Positions 37,668 through 48,678 of a stretch of DNA of 64,000 nt are shown one piece after another. Each line of letters opens with the position of its first letter. The stretch's first letter is position 1. The notes beneath the pieces are model-generated. The model was given only the letters and a program-made list of their open reading frames with translations, made no database searches and had not been told where the DNA came from. The stretch lies in the NCBI GenBank assembly GCA_020048915.1, contig JAIFLU010000074.1:4148-68147 (forward strand), in the 5' to 3' direction. Position numbers and translations under genes: made by a program. This DNA is from Bacteroidota bacterium. Lineage in GTDB: Bacteria; Bacteroidota; Bacteroidia; Bacteroidales; JAAUTT01.

Positions 37668-39737
37668 ATGAACAAAGCTTCGCATTTAAAATGGTCGTTT
37701 GTAGTTATTTTTGTTCTTTTTATTTTTTCTGCCTGCAACGTTCAAAACGAGAAAGAAACACCCACAGCTATGACAAATATTACAGCAACCATAAGGCAAT
37801 TGGTGGTAGACACCCTTGTTAAAATGTACCCTCAGGTTGAAAAAGCCCGTATTGAAACCGGCGTAGAACAAACTGCCTACTTTTGGAAAAAGGAGGATGG
37901 CACTCCAGAAGAATTTAAGGATTTTTGTATCGAAAACTTTGTTTCTACCTCTGATGAACTTGATACCGCCTATTCCAAGATCGCACGTAACCTTGAAATA
38001 TTGTATGGTAATTTCAATAAAATGTCGGTTTTTCTGAAAGAACCGCTTCACATGAACATGGGTGAGATTACCGCAGTCGACAATATGTTTGGCGGTTATG
38101 AGCCTTCGAGCCACCTCGAGGAAGATTTCTTTCAAAACAAACTTGCTTTTTATATTCTTTTAAATTATAAATATTACAGCCTTAACGATAAGCTCAAATT
38201 AGAAGGAAACTGGAACCGGAAAAATTGGGGGTATGCCCGCTTAGGCGACCTTATTACTTCGCGCATACCTTCGCAACTTTTATTAAAGTATGGCGATATT
38301 GTTACCAAAGCCGATTCGTATATCTCTGATTACAATATTTATATGGGTAACCTAACCGATGGAAAATCCGATTCGGCTATGTTTCCGAAAGAGCTAAAAC
38401 TCATTAGTCACTGGGGACTCCGGGATGAATTGAAATCGAATTATGCCGAAAAAGATGGATTGGCCAAGCAGCAAATGATTTATGAGGTTATGAGAAGGAT
38501 TATTATGCAGGAAATTCCTTCAGAAGTAATTAATTCGGATAAATTTACCTGGAATCCTTTTGAGAATAAAGTGTTTGAAGCAGGTAAGGAAGTGAAATTT
38601 ATGCCGGAGGATAATATTCGGTACGAAACCTTACTATCGAACTTTAAGGCATTGAAAGAAATGGACACGTATAATCCTTTCTTTCCTACTTATATTGAGG
38701 CAAAGTTCAATTCTGAAATGGAAATCCCTCAACCGGAAGTCGAAAAACTATTTATTGAACTGGTGAGTTCGCCACAGGTAAAAAAAGTAGCAGCTTTAAT
38801 TGAAAGTCGCTTAGGGAGAAAGATTCAACCATTCGACATTTGGTATGATGGATTTAAAAGCAGAAGCGGTATTCGGGAAGATGATCTGAACAAAAAGGTA
38901 AAGGTTGATTTTACCGATGCTGCCGAATTCGAAAAACGGATTCCGCAGATATTAACGAAACTTGGCTTTTCATCGGAAAAGGCAGCTTACATCGGTTCAA
39001 AAATACAGGTAGATGCCGCTCGTGGTTCTGGTCATGCCTGGGGTGCGCAAATGCGCGGCGATAAAGCCCGCCTCCGCACCCGTGTTTCGGAAGGTGGAAT
39101 GGATTACAAAGGTTTTAATATTGCCATGCACGAGCTGGGACATTGTGTAGAGCAAACAATTACCTTATATGATATTGATCAGTATATGTTAAACGGAGTT
39201 CCCAACACTGCCTTTACCGAAGCATTGGCTTTTGTTTTTCAGGAGCGCGATTTGGAAGTATTGGGGATAAAGAATACCGATCCGTTGCATAAATCGATGA
39301 TGGCCCTCGATATTTTCTGGGGATGTTACGAGATTATGGGCGTATCGCTGGTAGATATGAATGTATGGAAATGGCTGTATGCCCATCCGAATGCCACTAA
39401 ATCAGAATTGAAAGATGCGGTAGTTCAAATTTCCCTGGAAGTTTGGAACAAGTATTTTGCTGAAGTTTTTGGAGTAAAGGATCAGCCAATTTTGGCTATC
39501 TATTCGCATATGATTGATAATCCTTTATACCTATCTGCCTATCCTATCGGGCACCTGGTTCAGTATCAGCTCGAAAAGCAGTTGGAAGGGAAAAACCTTG
39601 CCAGTGAAATTATGAGGATATATGCAGCAGGCCGCATTACCCCTGATGCCTGGATGAAAAATGCCACCAACAGCGAACTTTCAAATAAACCGTTATTGGA
39701 AGCGGTAGATGAAGCCGTAAATACGGTAAGGAAATAG
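37668..39737 (+). CDS. Lipoprotein with HEXXH zinc-metallopeptidase motif (family not assignable by eye)
   Basis: Lipobox IFSAC and NIAMHELGHCVEQ. 689 aa. Confidence 0.5.
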   Translation: MNKASHLKWSFVVIFVLFIFSACNVQNEKETPTAMTNITATIRQLVVDTLVKMYPQVEKARIETGVEQTAYFWKKEDGTPEEFKDFCIENFVSTSDELDTAYSKIARNLEILYGNFNKMSVFLKEPLHMNMGEITAVDNMFGGYEPSSHLEEDFFQNKLAFYILLNYKYYSLNDKLKLEGNWNRKNWGYARLGDLITSRIPSQLLLKYGDIVTKADSYISDYNIYMGNLTDGKSDSAMFPKELKLISHWGLRDELKSNYAEKDGLAKQQMIYEVMRRIIMQEIPSEVINSDKFTWNPFENKVFEAGKEVKFMPEDNIRYETLLSNFKALKEMDTYNPFFPTYIEAKFNSEMEIPQPEVEKLFIELVSSPQVKKVAALIESRLGRKIQPFDIWYDGFKSRSGIREDDLNKKVKVDFTDAAEFEKRIPQILTKLGFSSEKAAYIGSKIQVDAARGSGHAWGAQMRGDKARLRTRVSEGGMDYKGFNIAMHELGHCVEQTITLYDIDQYMLNGVPNTAFTEALAFVFQERDLEVLGIKNTDPLHKSMMALDIFWGCYEIMGVSLVDMNVWKWLYAHPNATKSELKDAVVQISLEVWNKYFAEVFGVKDQPILAIYSHMIDNPLYLSAYPIGHLVQYQLEKQLEGKNLASEIMRIYAAGRITPDAWMKNATNSELSNKPLLEAVDEAVNTVRK

Positions 39738-39950
39738 TTCTGGTTTTGAAAGCAAATGAGGCTGTACAGCGCGATAAATTGCATATTGGGATTATTGTGT
39801 TGTACAGTTCTTGTAGCGCAGAATTGTAATCCGTGCTTTTTTTACAGTCGTTTGTTGATATTGTGAAGCAAGAATTGAAAAAGGATTATCTTCTGGGTGC
39901 ATTTTAATTCCGACCCAGCTTTGATGCTTCTAAAAATGTCTCCAAAATTT

Positions 39951-40349
39951 TCAGGTTAAAATTGCATTAATTTTGGCAACTAATTCTTCGGGATTGAATG
40001 GTTTTACAATATAGTCGGCCACTCCTAAGTTAAGCATACTTTGTATAATTGACTTGCTCTGAACGGATGAGATAAAAATAATTGGAACATTGTTATTTTT
40101 TATCCCTCCATTTTTAAATTTGCGAACAAAAACCCGCCCGTTTACATGGGGCATCTCCATGTCAAGAAGGATCATGTCAGGTAAATTATTTTTACTTAAA
40201 TAGACCAGGGCCTCATGGCCATCGTTCAAGTCAATAATATTATAATCTTTTTCGAGAAAAGAAGTAATTAACATTCGGATTGCTTCTTCATCATCCACAA
40301 TCATTATGGTTTTCTTCCCGTTTGGGTTATCTTGTTTCTTGCTTTTCAT
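39951..40349 (-). CDS. Single-domain (CheY-like) response regulator
   Basis: IMIVDDEEAIR, phospho-acceptor context DMILLDMEMPHVNG, PIIFISS, and KPF near the C-terminus. Confidence 0.85.
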   Translation of the reverse strand: MKSKKQDNPNGKKTIMIVDDEEAIRMLITSFLEKDYNIIDLNDGHEALVYLSKNNLPDMILLDMEMPHVNGRVFVRKFKNGGIKNNNVPIIFISSVQSKSIIQSMLNLGVADYIVKPFNPEELVAKINAILT

Positions 40350-40554
40350 AATCCATAGAATTAAGTTTAATTTACTAATTTTTTTTCAATGAGTAAGCAT
40401 CAAATCTAATTTCCTTTATGAAGTTTTGTAGAATTTTGAATATAATTCCAGTGATGTATTTTTTATTAAAATTTAGTAAGCAATTGAAACCGGGAAATGC
40501 AAGCAAAGAAAAGCTGATTTTAGTTCTAGCCGATAAGAATTCAAGGCACTTGAT

Positions 40555-41124
40555 TTAGAAGATGATGGTATTTTCTACACCCAGCTCTCTGGCAGCATAT
40601 TCAGCCACCACATGGTTTAGCCAATGGGGCTGGTGAGAATCAGAACTCAAGATAAATTTGAATTGATCAAGGAAAGGCGTATAATATTTCCGCCAATTAT
40701 GGCGGGTCACATAGCGGTTGTTTATTTCAATGAGGCATTTTGGAGAAACCCGCGATAAATCAGTATCAAGCGCCTGAGGATGTGCAATAATTACTGGTTT
40801 ACCTGTGGAAAGTAGTTTTTCAGCACCTTTGTAATCAGCTTCCGTGTTATGGCAATGGTAAATATAATAATCAAAAGAGTACTGGATAGCATCATCAACC
40901 CAATTATAACCATCTACTTCTGTTCCAAGTTGGAATCCAAAACTCCGTACCGATTTTTCGTAGGTATAAAATATATCACCTGTTAAATAGTCGAAATGAT
41001 CACTGATCCCAATTATTTCAGCATGATTTATTGCAGCAATCAATTCAACGGTTTGTTGGGGAACCACAGCTCCGTCTCCTGTCGAAAAAATAGTATGAAT
41101 ATGTAAATCTTGTTTCAATTGCAT
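40555..41124 (-). CDS. PHP-domain (histidinol-phosphatase-like) metal-dependent phosphoesterase
   Basis: DLHIHTIFSTGDG N-terminal motif, ISDHFDY, IAHPQ and SSDSHQPH. The ATG at 41124 is preferred. Confidence 0.7.
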   Translation of the reverse strand: MQLKQDLHIHTIFSTGDGAVVPQQTVELIAAINHAEIIGISDHFDYLTGDIFYTYEKSVRSFGFQLGTEVDGYNWVDDAIQYSFDYYIYHCHNTEADYKGAEKLLSTGKPVIIAHPQALDTDLSRVSPKCLIEINNRYVTRHNWRKYYTPFLDQFKFILSSDSHQPHWLNHVVAEYAARELGVENTIIF

Positions 41125-41616
41125 ATTTCCTCCTTTACAAGGTGCAATATTACTGGGAAATTGCCAGATAAAAAAAGAAAAAAAAATAGTGGATTGGAAA
41201 ATTGGGTTATTAAACAAGAATGGGACGAAAGTTTACTTGAAAAAAACAAAAACTTGTTTTAGATTTTGAATGGAAGATTATTCAATGAGGTATTAGGGAG
41301 CATTCGGCAAAAGTTGGGAGGAAGTATTCTAAGAAGTAAATTAATGGTATAAACGTTATTCCATTATATTGCTACCGGTTTTGAAAATCGGTTGCCGCTT
41401 ATTCCAGAGCGTAAGTTATGCCAAAATACTGAACTATGCCTGCAAATATTGATTCATCAAGAATTAAATTTGTATGGTGTATTTTAAAAGGCTGCAATTC
41501 GACCAATGGATGAAAAGTAAAAGGGGCTATTCACTGGATAACTTCAAACTACTACATCAAAGCTGATGCACGACTTTGCGACATGTGCTATTAATTCATA
41601 AAAGAACTAAGGTTTG

Positions 41617-42474
41617 CTACACAACCCCAAACGATTTTCTATACTCTTTTGGAGTAGTTTTGCACGAAGCTAAAAATGAAGCATTGAAACGGCTCAGAGA
41701 GTTAAATCCTGATGCAAGTGCAATTTCAATCACTTTATCGTTTGTACTTAGAAGCAGACGCTGTGCGTGCATAATCCGCTGCTCGGTAAGAAAATCCTTC
41801 ATTGTCTGGCCAAAACTTTTCTTAAATAGCCTGTTGGCGTAATCGGGATGCAATCCAACAGATTGCGATATGTCCGAGATGCGAATATTACGAAAGTAAT
41901 TTGAGGCAATAAATACCGCCATTTTTTCAACCAGGTTTAAATCACTTGGGCAATTATTCGCTATTGCCATATTTGGATAGGATGACACCGTATGGGCAAT
42001 CCTGTATATTTTGGCATAAATCTCGAGCAGTGCAATTTTCTCAGGTTCGCTTTCTTTCTTCCGAAGATCCGAATACCATCTTTCAAAGTTGGTGATTTCA
42101 AAGATTTCGCTTATTCCCGGGTGTAAAAATACTTGTCCGGCCACAATGCTGTTAACGAAAAAAGCAGGCCATTCAAATTGCATAAACCTCTTAAAGGGAA
42201 TGGTTACGGTGAAATACGAACAATCGCCATCAAAATTGATAATCTGATGAGGAAAGAGCGCCCAGAAGATGGCTATTTGGTTTGCTTCTACCTTCATCTT
42301 TTTATCCTTCAGAAAATAGGTGAGTGAACCGTTTATTACATAATTTATCTCTATTTCATTGTGCCTGTCGGGTTTAACCATTAATACAGGTTTCCATTTG
42401 TCACACTCCAGTCCATATGGCAAAAGTTCAGGCCGGTTAGAATCATAAGTTCGTAAAATGTCGGAAAATGGCAT
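41617..42474 (-). CDS. AraC-family transcriptional regulator (cupin sensor plus HTH)
   Basis: N-terminal cupin-like HNEIEINYVINGSL. C-terminal AraC HTH ISDISQSVGLHPDYANRLFKKSFGQT...ASGFNSLSRFNASF. Confidence 0.88.
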   Translation of the reverse strand: MPFSDILRTYDSNRPELLPYGLECDKWKPVLMVKPDRHNEIEINYVINGSLTYFLKDKKMKVEANQIAIFWALFPHQIINFDGDCSYFTVTIPFKRFMQFEWPAFFVNSIVAGQVFLHPGISEIFEITNFERWYSDLRKKESEPEKIALLEIYAKIYRIAHTVSSYPNMAIANNCPSDLNLVEKMAVFIASNYFRNIRISDISQSVGLHPDYANRLFKKSFGQTMKDFLTEQRIMHAQRLLLSTNDKVIEIALASGFNSLSRFNASFLASCKTTPKEYRKSFGVV

Positions 42475-42556
42475 GTATTTTACATTTTTAGGGTAGATTT
42501 CAGTTGTTATGCGATATAAATTTACAACGAATATTTAATTCTACTTCTACAAATTA

Positions 42557-42650
42557 GATTTTTCAACTTTTACTACCCCATCCCTAAAGGGTGAAAAGTT
42601 GAAAAATCAAACTGCTCCCTTTAGGGTCAGGGGTAATCAGGTTGATTTTT
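42557..42650. promoter_or_regulatory. Nested inverted and direct repeats in the divergent araC / kinase promoter region
   Basis: 15-bp arms gatttttcaactttt (42557-42571) with aaaagttgaaaaatc (42594-42608). ccctaaaggg (42582-42591) is the reverse complement of ccctttaggg (42617-42626). gatttttca recurs at 42644. Confidence 0.55.
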
Positions 42651-42720
42651 CATTGAATCTGTCAAAGTAGACTTAATTACAACTATTTCGGCCTTTTGAA
42701 ATCTTATTATTTAATTGCAC

Positions 42721-44271
42721 ATGGAACTCTACCTTTTAGGCATTGACTTTGGTACCGGAGGGGCAAAATGCTCCATCATCAACACAACCGGACAGGAGCT
42801 TTCGTATACGTTTGAGGAATACCCCATTTTGAACGAACAACCTGGTTGGAGCGAACACAATGCTCATAACTACTGGGATGTGGCATGCCGGCTGATTCGA
42901 AAAGCTGTAGCCAACGCCGGGATAAACCCTGCCCATATCGGGGGTATTGCCGCTTCATCGGCCATGCCTTGTATTGTAATGGTAGACGAAACCGGTACTC
43001 CCGTTGCCAATGCCTATAACCTGATGGATAAGCGTGCAGTGAAGCAGGTAGCCTGGCTGAAAGAAAATATTGGAGATGACAAAATTTTTGCGATTTCGAA
43101 AAACAGGCTCGAAGATCATCCAGTAATTGTAAACCTGATGTGGGAAAAGGAAAACCGTCCCGACATATTTGCCCGCATCCATAAAGTGCTTACGGTTGAG
43201 GGGTTTATTAATTACAAGTTAACTGGGATATTTTCCGGGCATTATTCGGGGGCTGGTTTTTATGGAGTTGCCTATAACCTTACCGAAAGGAAATTCGATA
43301 CCGGCATTCTGCAAAAAACAGACATCCCGGTTACATTCTTTCCCGAGCTTTTCTGCTGCGAGGATATAATAGGGCGTGTTACACCCGAAGCTGCCCATTT
43401 GGCTGGGTTGGTTCCCGGGATACCTGTAGCGGCCGGGCAGGTCGACTGCAACGCGGGTTGGATGGGGGCGGGCCTCACTGAAGAAGGTAACATGCAAATG
43501 AACCTGGGTACTTGCGGCAACTTTGGAATTCTTACCAAAGACACCAACTTCCCCGACACAATGATCAACTTTGCCTATACCATCGATTCGAAAAATACTT
43601 ATATAATTGTCCCAACCACCACTACAGGCGGACAGCTCATCCGTTACATGCGCGACAACTTTTACAAAGCTGAATTGGCCTTGGAAAAGGAAAACGGCTA
43701 TGATACTTACGACAATATAAACAAGGAGGCTGAAAAGATACCTCCTGGGGCTGAGGGGCTGGTGGTACTTCCTTTTTTAATGGGTGAGCGTACACCTATT
43801 TGGGATATCAATGCACGCGGCGTTATTCTGGGTCTTTCGCTCAATCATACCCGTGGCCATGTGGTGCGTGCCATGATGGAATCAGTGGCTTTTGCACTGT
43901 ACGATTCTTTTAAAATCCTCCGCGATTCGGGTAAAAAAATAACTCCTCCCATTGTGCTGAACGAAGGTGGGGCTAAAAGTATACTGTGGCGCAGAATTAT
44001 TACCGATGTATTTAATGTGCCCACGGCTTTGGTAAAGCGCAGGACGGGAGCGCCCTATGGCGACGCCATCCTGGCTGGCGTGGCAACAGGTATTTTCAAA
44101 GATTTTTCAGTTGCCAGGCAATGGACTGAATACATTGATCTGATGGACCCTGATGCCGAAGCACACCGGCTGTATATGGAATACTTCAATTTGTACAAAT
44201 CCGTTTACAACAACCTTAAAAGCGATTTCACAAAACTGGCTGATCTCAGAAACAAACAAAATCATATATAA
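42721..44271 (+). CDS. FGGY-family sugar (pentulose/hexulose) kinase
   Basis: LGIDFGTGGAKC N-terminal motif, GGQLIRY, and EGGAKS near the C-terminus. The ATG at 42721 is preferred. Confidence 0.85.
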   Translation: MELYLLGIDFGTGGAKCSIINTTGQELSYTFEEYPILNEQPGWSEHNAHNYWDVACRLIRKAVANAGINPAHIGGIAASSAMPCIVMVDETGTPVANAYNLMDKRAVKQVAWLKENIGDDKIFAISKNRLEDHPVIVNLMWEKENRPDIFARIHKVLTVEGFINYKLTGIFSGHYSGAGFYGVAYNLTERKFDTGILQKTDIPVTFFPELFCCEDIIGRVTPEAAHLAGLVPGIPVAAGQVDCNAGWMGAGLTEEGNMQMNLGTCGNFGILTKDTNFPDTMINFAYTIDSKNTYIIVPTTTTGGQLIRYMRDNFYKAELALEKENGYDTYDNINKEAEKIPPGAEGLVVLPFLMGERTPIWDINARGVILGLSLNHTRGHVVRAMMESVAFALYDSFKILRDSGKKITPPIVLNEGGAKSILWRRIITDVFNVPTALVKRRTGAPYGDAILAGVATGIFKDFSVARQWTEYIDLMDPDAEAHRLYMEYFNLYKSVYNNLKSDFTKLADLRNKQNHI

Positions 44272-44282
44272 AATATTTGTTC

Positions 44283-45593
44283 ATGGAGTTAATTAAAAAG
44301 CTGGAGCAGCGGATGGCTGCCAATAACCCGATTGCAGTTGGAATTATTGGTTGCGGGCAAATGGGATCGGGACTTGCCCATACCCTCAACAACATTAAGG
44401 GTATGCAGGTGCGGGCCATTGCTGACATTAAGCCCGAATTAGCCATAGCTACCCTGCTCGATATGAACGTGAGTAAACACGATATTGTTGAAACAAACAA
44501 TATAAGCATAGCAAATGATGCACTTAAAAAGGGCAAATATATTGTCACTTCCGATGCTTTGCTGATGACCGACCTCGAAAAGATTGAGGCCAATGTGGAA
44601 GTTACCGGACATATCGATACGGGTGCAAAGGTTGCGCTCACTTCCATCGAAAAACACAAACCAATAATCATGCTCAATGTCGAAACCGATGTTACCATCG
44701 GCTACCTGCTCAATCGGAAAGCCCGCGCCAACAATTCCCTGTATACCGTTGCCTCGGGCGACGAACCCGGGGTATGCAAAATGATGTGGGAACAGGCATT
44801 ACTCATGGGCTTTGAAGTGGCCTGCATCGGTAAAGGAAAAAACAACGTGATCGATTTCGATGCCACGCCCGAATCGTGCCACGAAGAAGCTCTTTCGAAA
44901 GATATGAACCCCAAAATTCTGGCTTCGTTCAAAGATGGTACAAAAACCATGGTGGAAATGGCTGCGGTATCGAATGCTACAGGTCTTTTACCTGATGTGC
45001 CGGGAATGCATGGTCCCAAAGTGGAACTCGACGAGCTGATTCATGTTTTCAAACCCAAAGAGGACGGAGGTATTTTCAACCTTCGGGGAACGGTCGATTT
45101 CAGTACCGGTAAAATTGCCCCGGGCATTTTTCTGATAGCCTATACTGCCGACAAGCGCATCCGGAAGGACATGAAATTCATTACCCATGCCGAAGGTCCG
45201 TATTACCTGCTTTTCCGGCCTTATCATTTGTGCGACCTCGAAACGCCGCAATCAATTGCCGAAGCAGTTCTGCTGAACGAAGTTACAGTTACTACCGAAA
45301 ACATGAATGCCGAAGTATGCACCATTGCCAAGCGCAACATAAAAGCGGGCGAAAGGGTGAAAGGCATTGGCAGTGCCGACATATTTGGTAAAATATACAA
45401 CTATAAGGAAGCGCGGCAGTTGAATGCAATCCCGCTGGGAATCGCAGAAAATGGGACTGCCCTGGTTGATATTCCAAAAGGCACGTTGATTACCGGGCAT
45501 AATTTCAGTCCGGATCAAAGCACCCTGATTTACAAACTCCGTCAGGAGCAGAATGCGCTGCTGCATCAATCTGTTAAAACGCAGGCACTATGA
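44283..45593 (+). CDS. NAD(P)-binding oxidoreductase with C-terminal SAF domain (COG4091-like)
   Basis: Rossmann motif VGIIGCGQMGSG and a C-terminal SAF-like AKRNIKAGERVKGIG. Its stop overlaps the next start (ATGA). Confidence 0.65.
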   Translation: MELIKKLEQRMAANNPIAVGIIGCGQMGSGLAHTLNNIKGMQVRAIADIKPELAIATLLDMNVSKHDIVETNNISIANDALKKGKYIVTSDALLMTDLEKIEANVEVTGHIDTGAKVALTSIEKHKPIIMLNVETDVTIGYLLNRKARANNSLYTVASGDEPGVCKMMWEQALLMGFEVACIGKGKNNVIDFDATPESCHEEALSKDMNPKILASFKDGTKTMVEMAAVSNATGLLPDVPGMHGPKVELDELIHVFKPKEDGGIFNLRGTVDFSTGKIAPGIFLIAYTADKRIRKDMKFITHAEGPYYLLFRPYHLCDLETPQSIAEAVLLNEVTVTTENMNAEVCTIAKRNIKAGERVKGIGSADIFGKIYNYKEARQLNAIPLGIAENGTALVDIPKGTLITGHNFSPDQSTLIYKLRQEQNALLHQSVKTQAL

Positions 45594-46630
45594 AAGCAGT
45601 TATTATAAATGCTCCGGGTGATTACGGGGTATATGAGGTTGAAAAGCCATCCTGTCCAGATGGGGGAATGTTGGTGAAGGTTTTGGCAGTGGGGCTCTGT
45701 GGTGGCGACTTGCGCACTTTACGCATGGGGCATCACCGGGTGAAATTACCATTCATTGTCGGCCACGAAGTAAGCGGCGAAGTGATCGAATTGGGAAAAG
45801 GGTATGACGAGCGCTGGCAAACAGGCGATAAGCTTGCCATTGCTCCGGTGGTATATTGCGGAAAATGCGATTTCTGCCAGAACGGCATGTTTGAATTGTG
45901 CAATAACTACAAAGAACTTGCCCAGTCCTGGCAGGGTGGTTTTGCCGAATACATGGCCATTCCGCAGGAGGCTTTGCAAAGGGGAACGATACAGCAAATT
46001 CCTGAGGGAGTTTCTCCCGTTCATGCAACCATTGTGGAGCCATTATCATCGGTAGTAAATGCCCACGAAAAAGGTAATATTGGCTTGGGAGACACAGTGG
46101 TGATTATTGGAGCCGGTCCCATTGGTACATTCCATTTGGAGCTGTCAAAGGCAAGGGGAGCTAAGATTGTAATTGTAGCCGATATTGATGAAAACCGTCT
46201 TGAATTGATGAAATCGTACAACCCTGATTTTCTTATCAATTCTTCAAAAACAGATTTGGTAGAAAAAGTGCGTGAAATAACAAAAGGCTATGGGGCCGAT
46301 GTGGTGATAACCGCCAACCCTGTTCCCGAAACACAAATACAAGCAGTTGAAATGGCTAAAAAAGGTGGCAGGGTATTGCTTTTCGGGGGGCTTCCGAAAG
46401 ACAAATCGAGACCAGGCATCGATATGAACCTGGTGCATTACAATGCGCTGCAACTCATCGGTACAACCATTTTCGCCCCTAAGCACAACCGCATTGCCAT
46501 GGATTTGGTAGCGTCAGGGAAAGTGTCGGCTGAAAAATTCATTTCACATGTAATGCCACTAACAGATTTTGTTGAAGGCACTAAGCTGGCGCTCGAAGGT
46601 AAAGCAAGGAAAGTAGTATTTGTACCATAA
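45590..46630 (+). CDS. Zinc-dependent medium-chain alcohol/polyol dehydrogenase
   Basis: [15 protein letters not shown], structural-zinc cysteines [15 protein letters not shown], and IIGAGPIG. Confidence 0.88.
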   Translation: MKAVIINAPGDYGVYEVEKPSCPDGGMLVKVLAVGLCGGDLRTLRMGHHRVKLPFIVGHEVSGEVIELGKGYDERWQTGDKLAIAPVVYCGKCDFCQNGMFELCNNYKELAQSWQGGFAEYMAIPQEALQRGTIQQIPEGVSPVHATIVEPLSSVVNAHEKGNIGLGDTVVIIGAGPIGTFHLELSKARGAKIVIVADIDENRLELMKSYNPDFLINSSKTDLVEKVREITKGYGADVVITANPVPETQIQAVEMAKKGGRVLLFGGLPKDKSRPGIDMNLVHYNALQLIGTTIFAPKHNRIAMDLVASGKVSAEKFISHVMPLTDFVEGTKLALEGKARKVVFVP

Positions 46631-46646
46631 CTTAAATATGTTTTAT

Positions 46647-48101
46647 ATGAATCAGTTAACAATTTTAATTATCTCTGTTGCCTTTTTTGCAGCATCTTGT
46701 CAGGAGAAGGGGGCGGATAAACACAACCATTTGAAAGTAAGTGATAACGGTCGTTTTCTTGAGTATGGAAATGGCCGACCTTTTCTTTATCTTGGCTGCA
46801 CGGCGTGGGAACTGTTTCACAAGCTTAAACGGGAAGAAGCTGCCGAATATCTTTCCAACCGTGCCGAAAAGGGATTCACAGTAATACAGGCTGTGGTTTT
46901 AGCCGAAAATGATGGGCTAAGAACTCCGAATGCATACGGCGAAGTGCCTTTTATAGACCTTAATCCCGAAAAGCCTAACGAAAAATATTTTGAGCATGTT
47001 GACAATATTGTAGATAAGGCCGGAGAACTTGGTCTGTTCATCGGAATGCTGCCCACCTGGGGCGATAAAGTTCCAAACGAAAATATGGCTGCCGGACCTG
47101 TTGTTTTTAATGTCGAAAATGCCCGGAAATATGGGGAGTTTTTAGGCAAACGATACAAAGATAAACCCGTAATATGGGTATTAGGGGGCGACCGTAATGT
47201 TCATAACGATACTGTTTTTAATATCTGGAAAGCTATGGCTGAAGGCCTCCGTTCGGGCGATGGTGGCAACCATCTCATTTCTATGCACCCCCGGGGCGAA
47301 AAATCTTCGAGTGAATGGTTCCACAACGAGCACTGGTTCGATTTTAATATGTATCAAAGCGGACATGCAAACCATTTCAATAAGGTTTACGAATTTGCCG
47401 AACATGATTATATGCTGCACCCTGCAAAACCTTTCGTTGATGGTGAGCCAGCGTACGAAGACATACCTCTGAAATTCTGGGAATATTGCAATTGGTCCGA
47501 TCAGCTTAGGGTACCAGCTTCTGTACTCGATGAAAACAAGCTGATAAAAGAAAAGTCATATTTTAATAAGGGGTATTTTACTGCCTATGATGTTCGTATA
47601 CATGCTTACTGGAATATTTTATCGGGAGCAGCCGGCTATACTTATGGTAATAATGCCATCTGGCAGATGTTTAAAAGAGGTGGCGATATAGCCATACCTT
47701 GCCTCTTCGATTGGCGCGAATCTATGGACCGCCCTGGTGCTGATGATATGCGCCATGTGAGAAAACTTTTCGAATCCAGAATTTTCTCAAAATTAATCCC
47801 CGACCAGTCTGCCATATATGGTAATAATCCGAAAGACAGCACCCACATCAGGGCTGCTATTGCCAACGATGGCTCGTTTCTGATAGCTTTTTTATCGGTA
47901 GGCCAGCCAGTAGCGGTTGTAATGAACAAAATAACAGGTACAAAAGTGATAGCAACCTGGTTTAATCCCCGTGAGGGTAAAACTAAGCCGGCTGGTGAAT
48001 ATCCCAATACTGGTTTTCAAATATTTACTCCGCCCACATCGGGTTTTGACAACGACTGGGTTTTACTGCTGGATGATGCCGAAAAATTAGCACACTTATA
48101 A
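46647..48101 (+). CDS. DUF4038 / GH140-like glycoside hydrolase lipoprotein
   Basis: Lipobox FAASC. GRPFLYLGCTAWELFHKLKREEAAEYLSNRAEKGFTVIQAVVLAE matches the characteristic DUF4038 N-terminal region. Confidence 0.7.
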   Translation: MNQLTILIISVAFFAASCQEKGADKHNHLKVSDNGRFLEYGNGRPFLYLGCTAWELFHKLKREEAAEYLSNRAEKGFTVIQAVVLAENDGLRTPNAYGEVPFIDLNPEKPNEKYFEHVDNIVDKAGELGLFIGMLPTWGDKVPNENMAAGPVVFNVENARKYGEFLGKRYKDKPVIWVLGGDRNVHNDTVFNIWKAMAEGLRSGDGGNHLISMHPRGEKSSSEWFHNEHWFDFNMYQSGHANHFNKVYEFAEHDYMLHPAKPFVDGEPAYEDIPLKFWEYCNWSDQLRVPASVLDENKLIKEKSYFNKGYFTAYDVRIHAYWNILSGAAGYTYGNNAIWQMFKRGGDIAIPCLFDWRESMDRPGADDMRHVRKLFESRIFSKLIPDQSAIYGNNPKDSTHIRAAIANDGSFLIAFLSVGQPVAVVMNKITGTKVIATWFNPREGKTKPAGEYPNTGFQIFTPPTSGFDNDWVLLLDDAEKLAHL

Positions 48102-48110
48102 CTCATCGCA

Positions 48111-48620
48111 ATGAAACAATTTCCAATTAAAGAGATAGCCCAGATCTGCATTATTGTGCCCAATATTGAGGAGGCAACGCGGAATTTTTATGAAAAATTT
48201 GGTGTCGGCCCATGGCATTTCTATACCTACGGAAAGCCATTGGTAAAACGTATGACGCGACATGGTAAAGCCAGCGAGTATAAAATGAAAGTGGCACTAT
48301 CCAACATCGGCAGTATGCGTATTGAGTTAATTGAGCCGCTGGAAGGAGATACGGTTTACAAAGAATTTATCGAACAACATGGCTACGGAATTCATCACCT
48401 GGGCATATTAACTGACGATATGCAGAAGGCCATAACTGAAGCCGAAGAAGCTGGTATTGTCATGACGATGGATGGTGCAGGATTCGGTCCCGATGATGAT
48501 GGACACTATGCCTATCTGGATACCGAACCTTTAATTCATACTACATTCGAGCTGATTGAAAGACCGAAAAGACGGAACCCGCCGGAAAAGATTTATCCCG
48601 AACCGGGTGAGCCTAAGTAA
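48111..48620 (+). CDS. VOC (glyoxalase/bleomycin-resistance/epimerase) family protein
   Basis: IAQICIIVPNIEEA...IELIEPLEG...GIHHLGILTDD pattern. Confidence 0.75.
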   Translation: MKQFPIKEIAQICIIVPNIEEATRNFYEKFGVGPWHFYTYGKPLVKRMTRHGKASEYKMKVALSNIGSMRIELIEPLEGDTVYKEFIEQHGYGIHHLGILTDDMQKAITEAEEAGIVMTMDGAGFGPDDDGHYAYLDTEPLIHTTFELIERPKRRNPPEKIYPEPGEPK

Positions 48621-48678
48621 CACTGCTGTGCAAATAGCCCTACTTTATGAACATATACAACTCTAAAAACTAAATAAC

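Noticed and set aside
42736-46662. Cluster of 15 minus-strand ORFs (60-150 aa), including 44246-44698, opposite the kinase and dehydrogenase genes
   Set aside because: They tile the antisense strand of three genes with clear family motifs. Their abundance is explained by the locally higher G+C and codon bias, which leaves few antisense stops. None has a recognisable domain.
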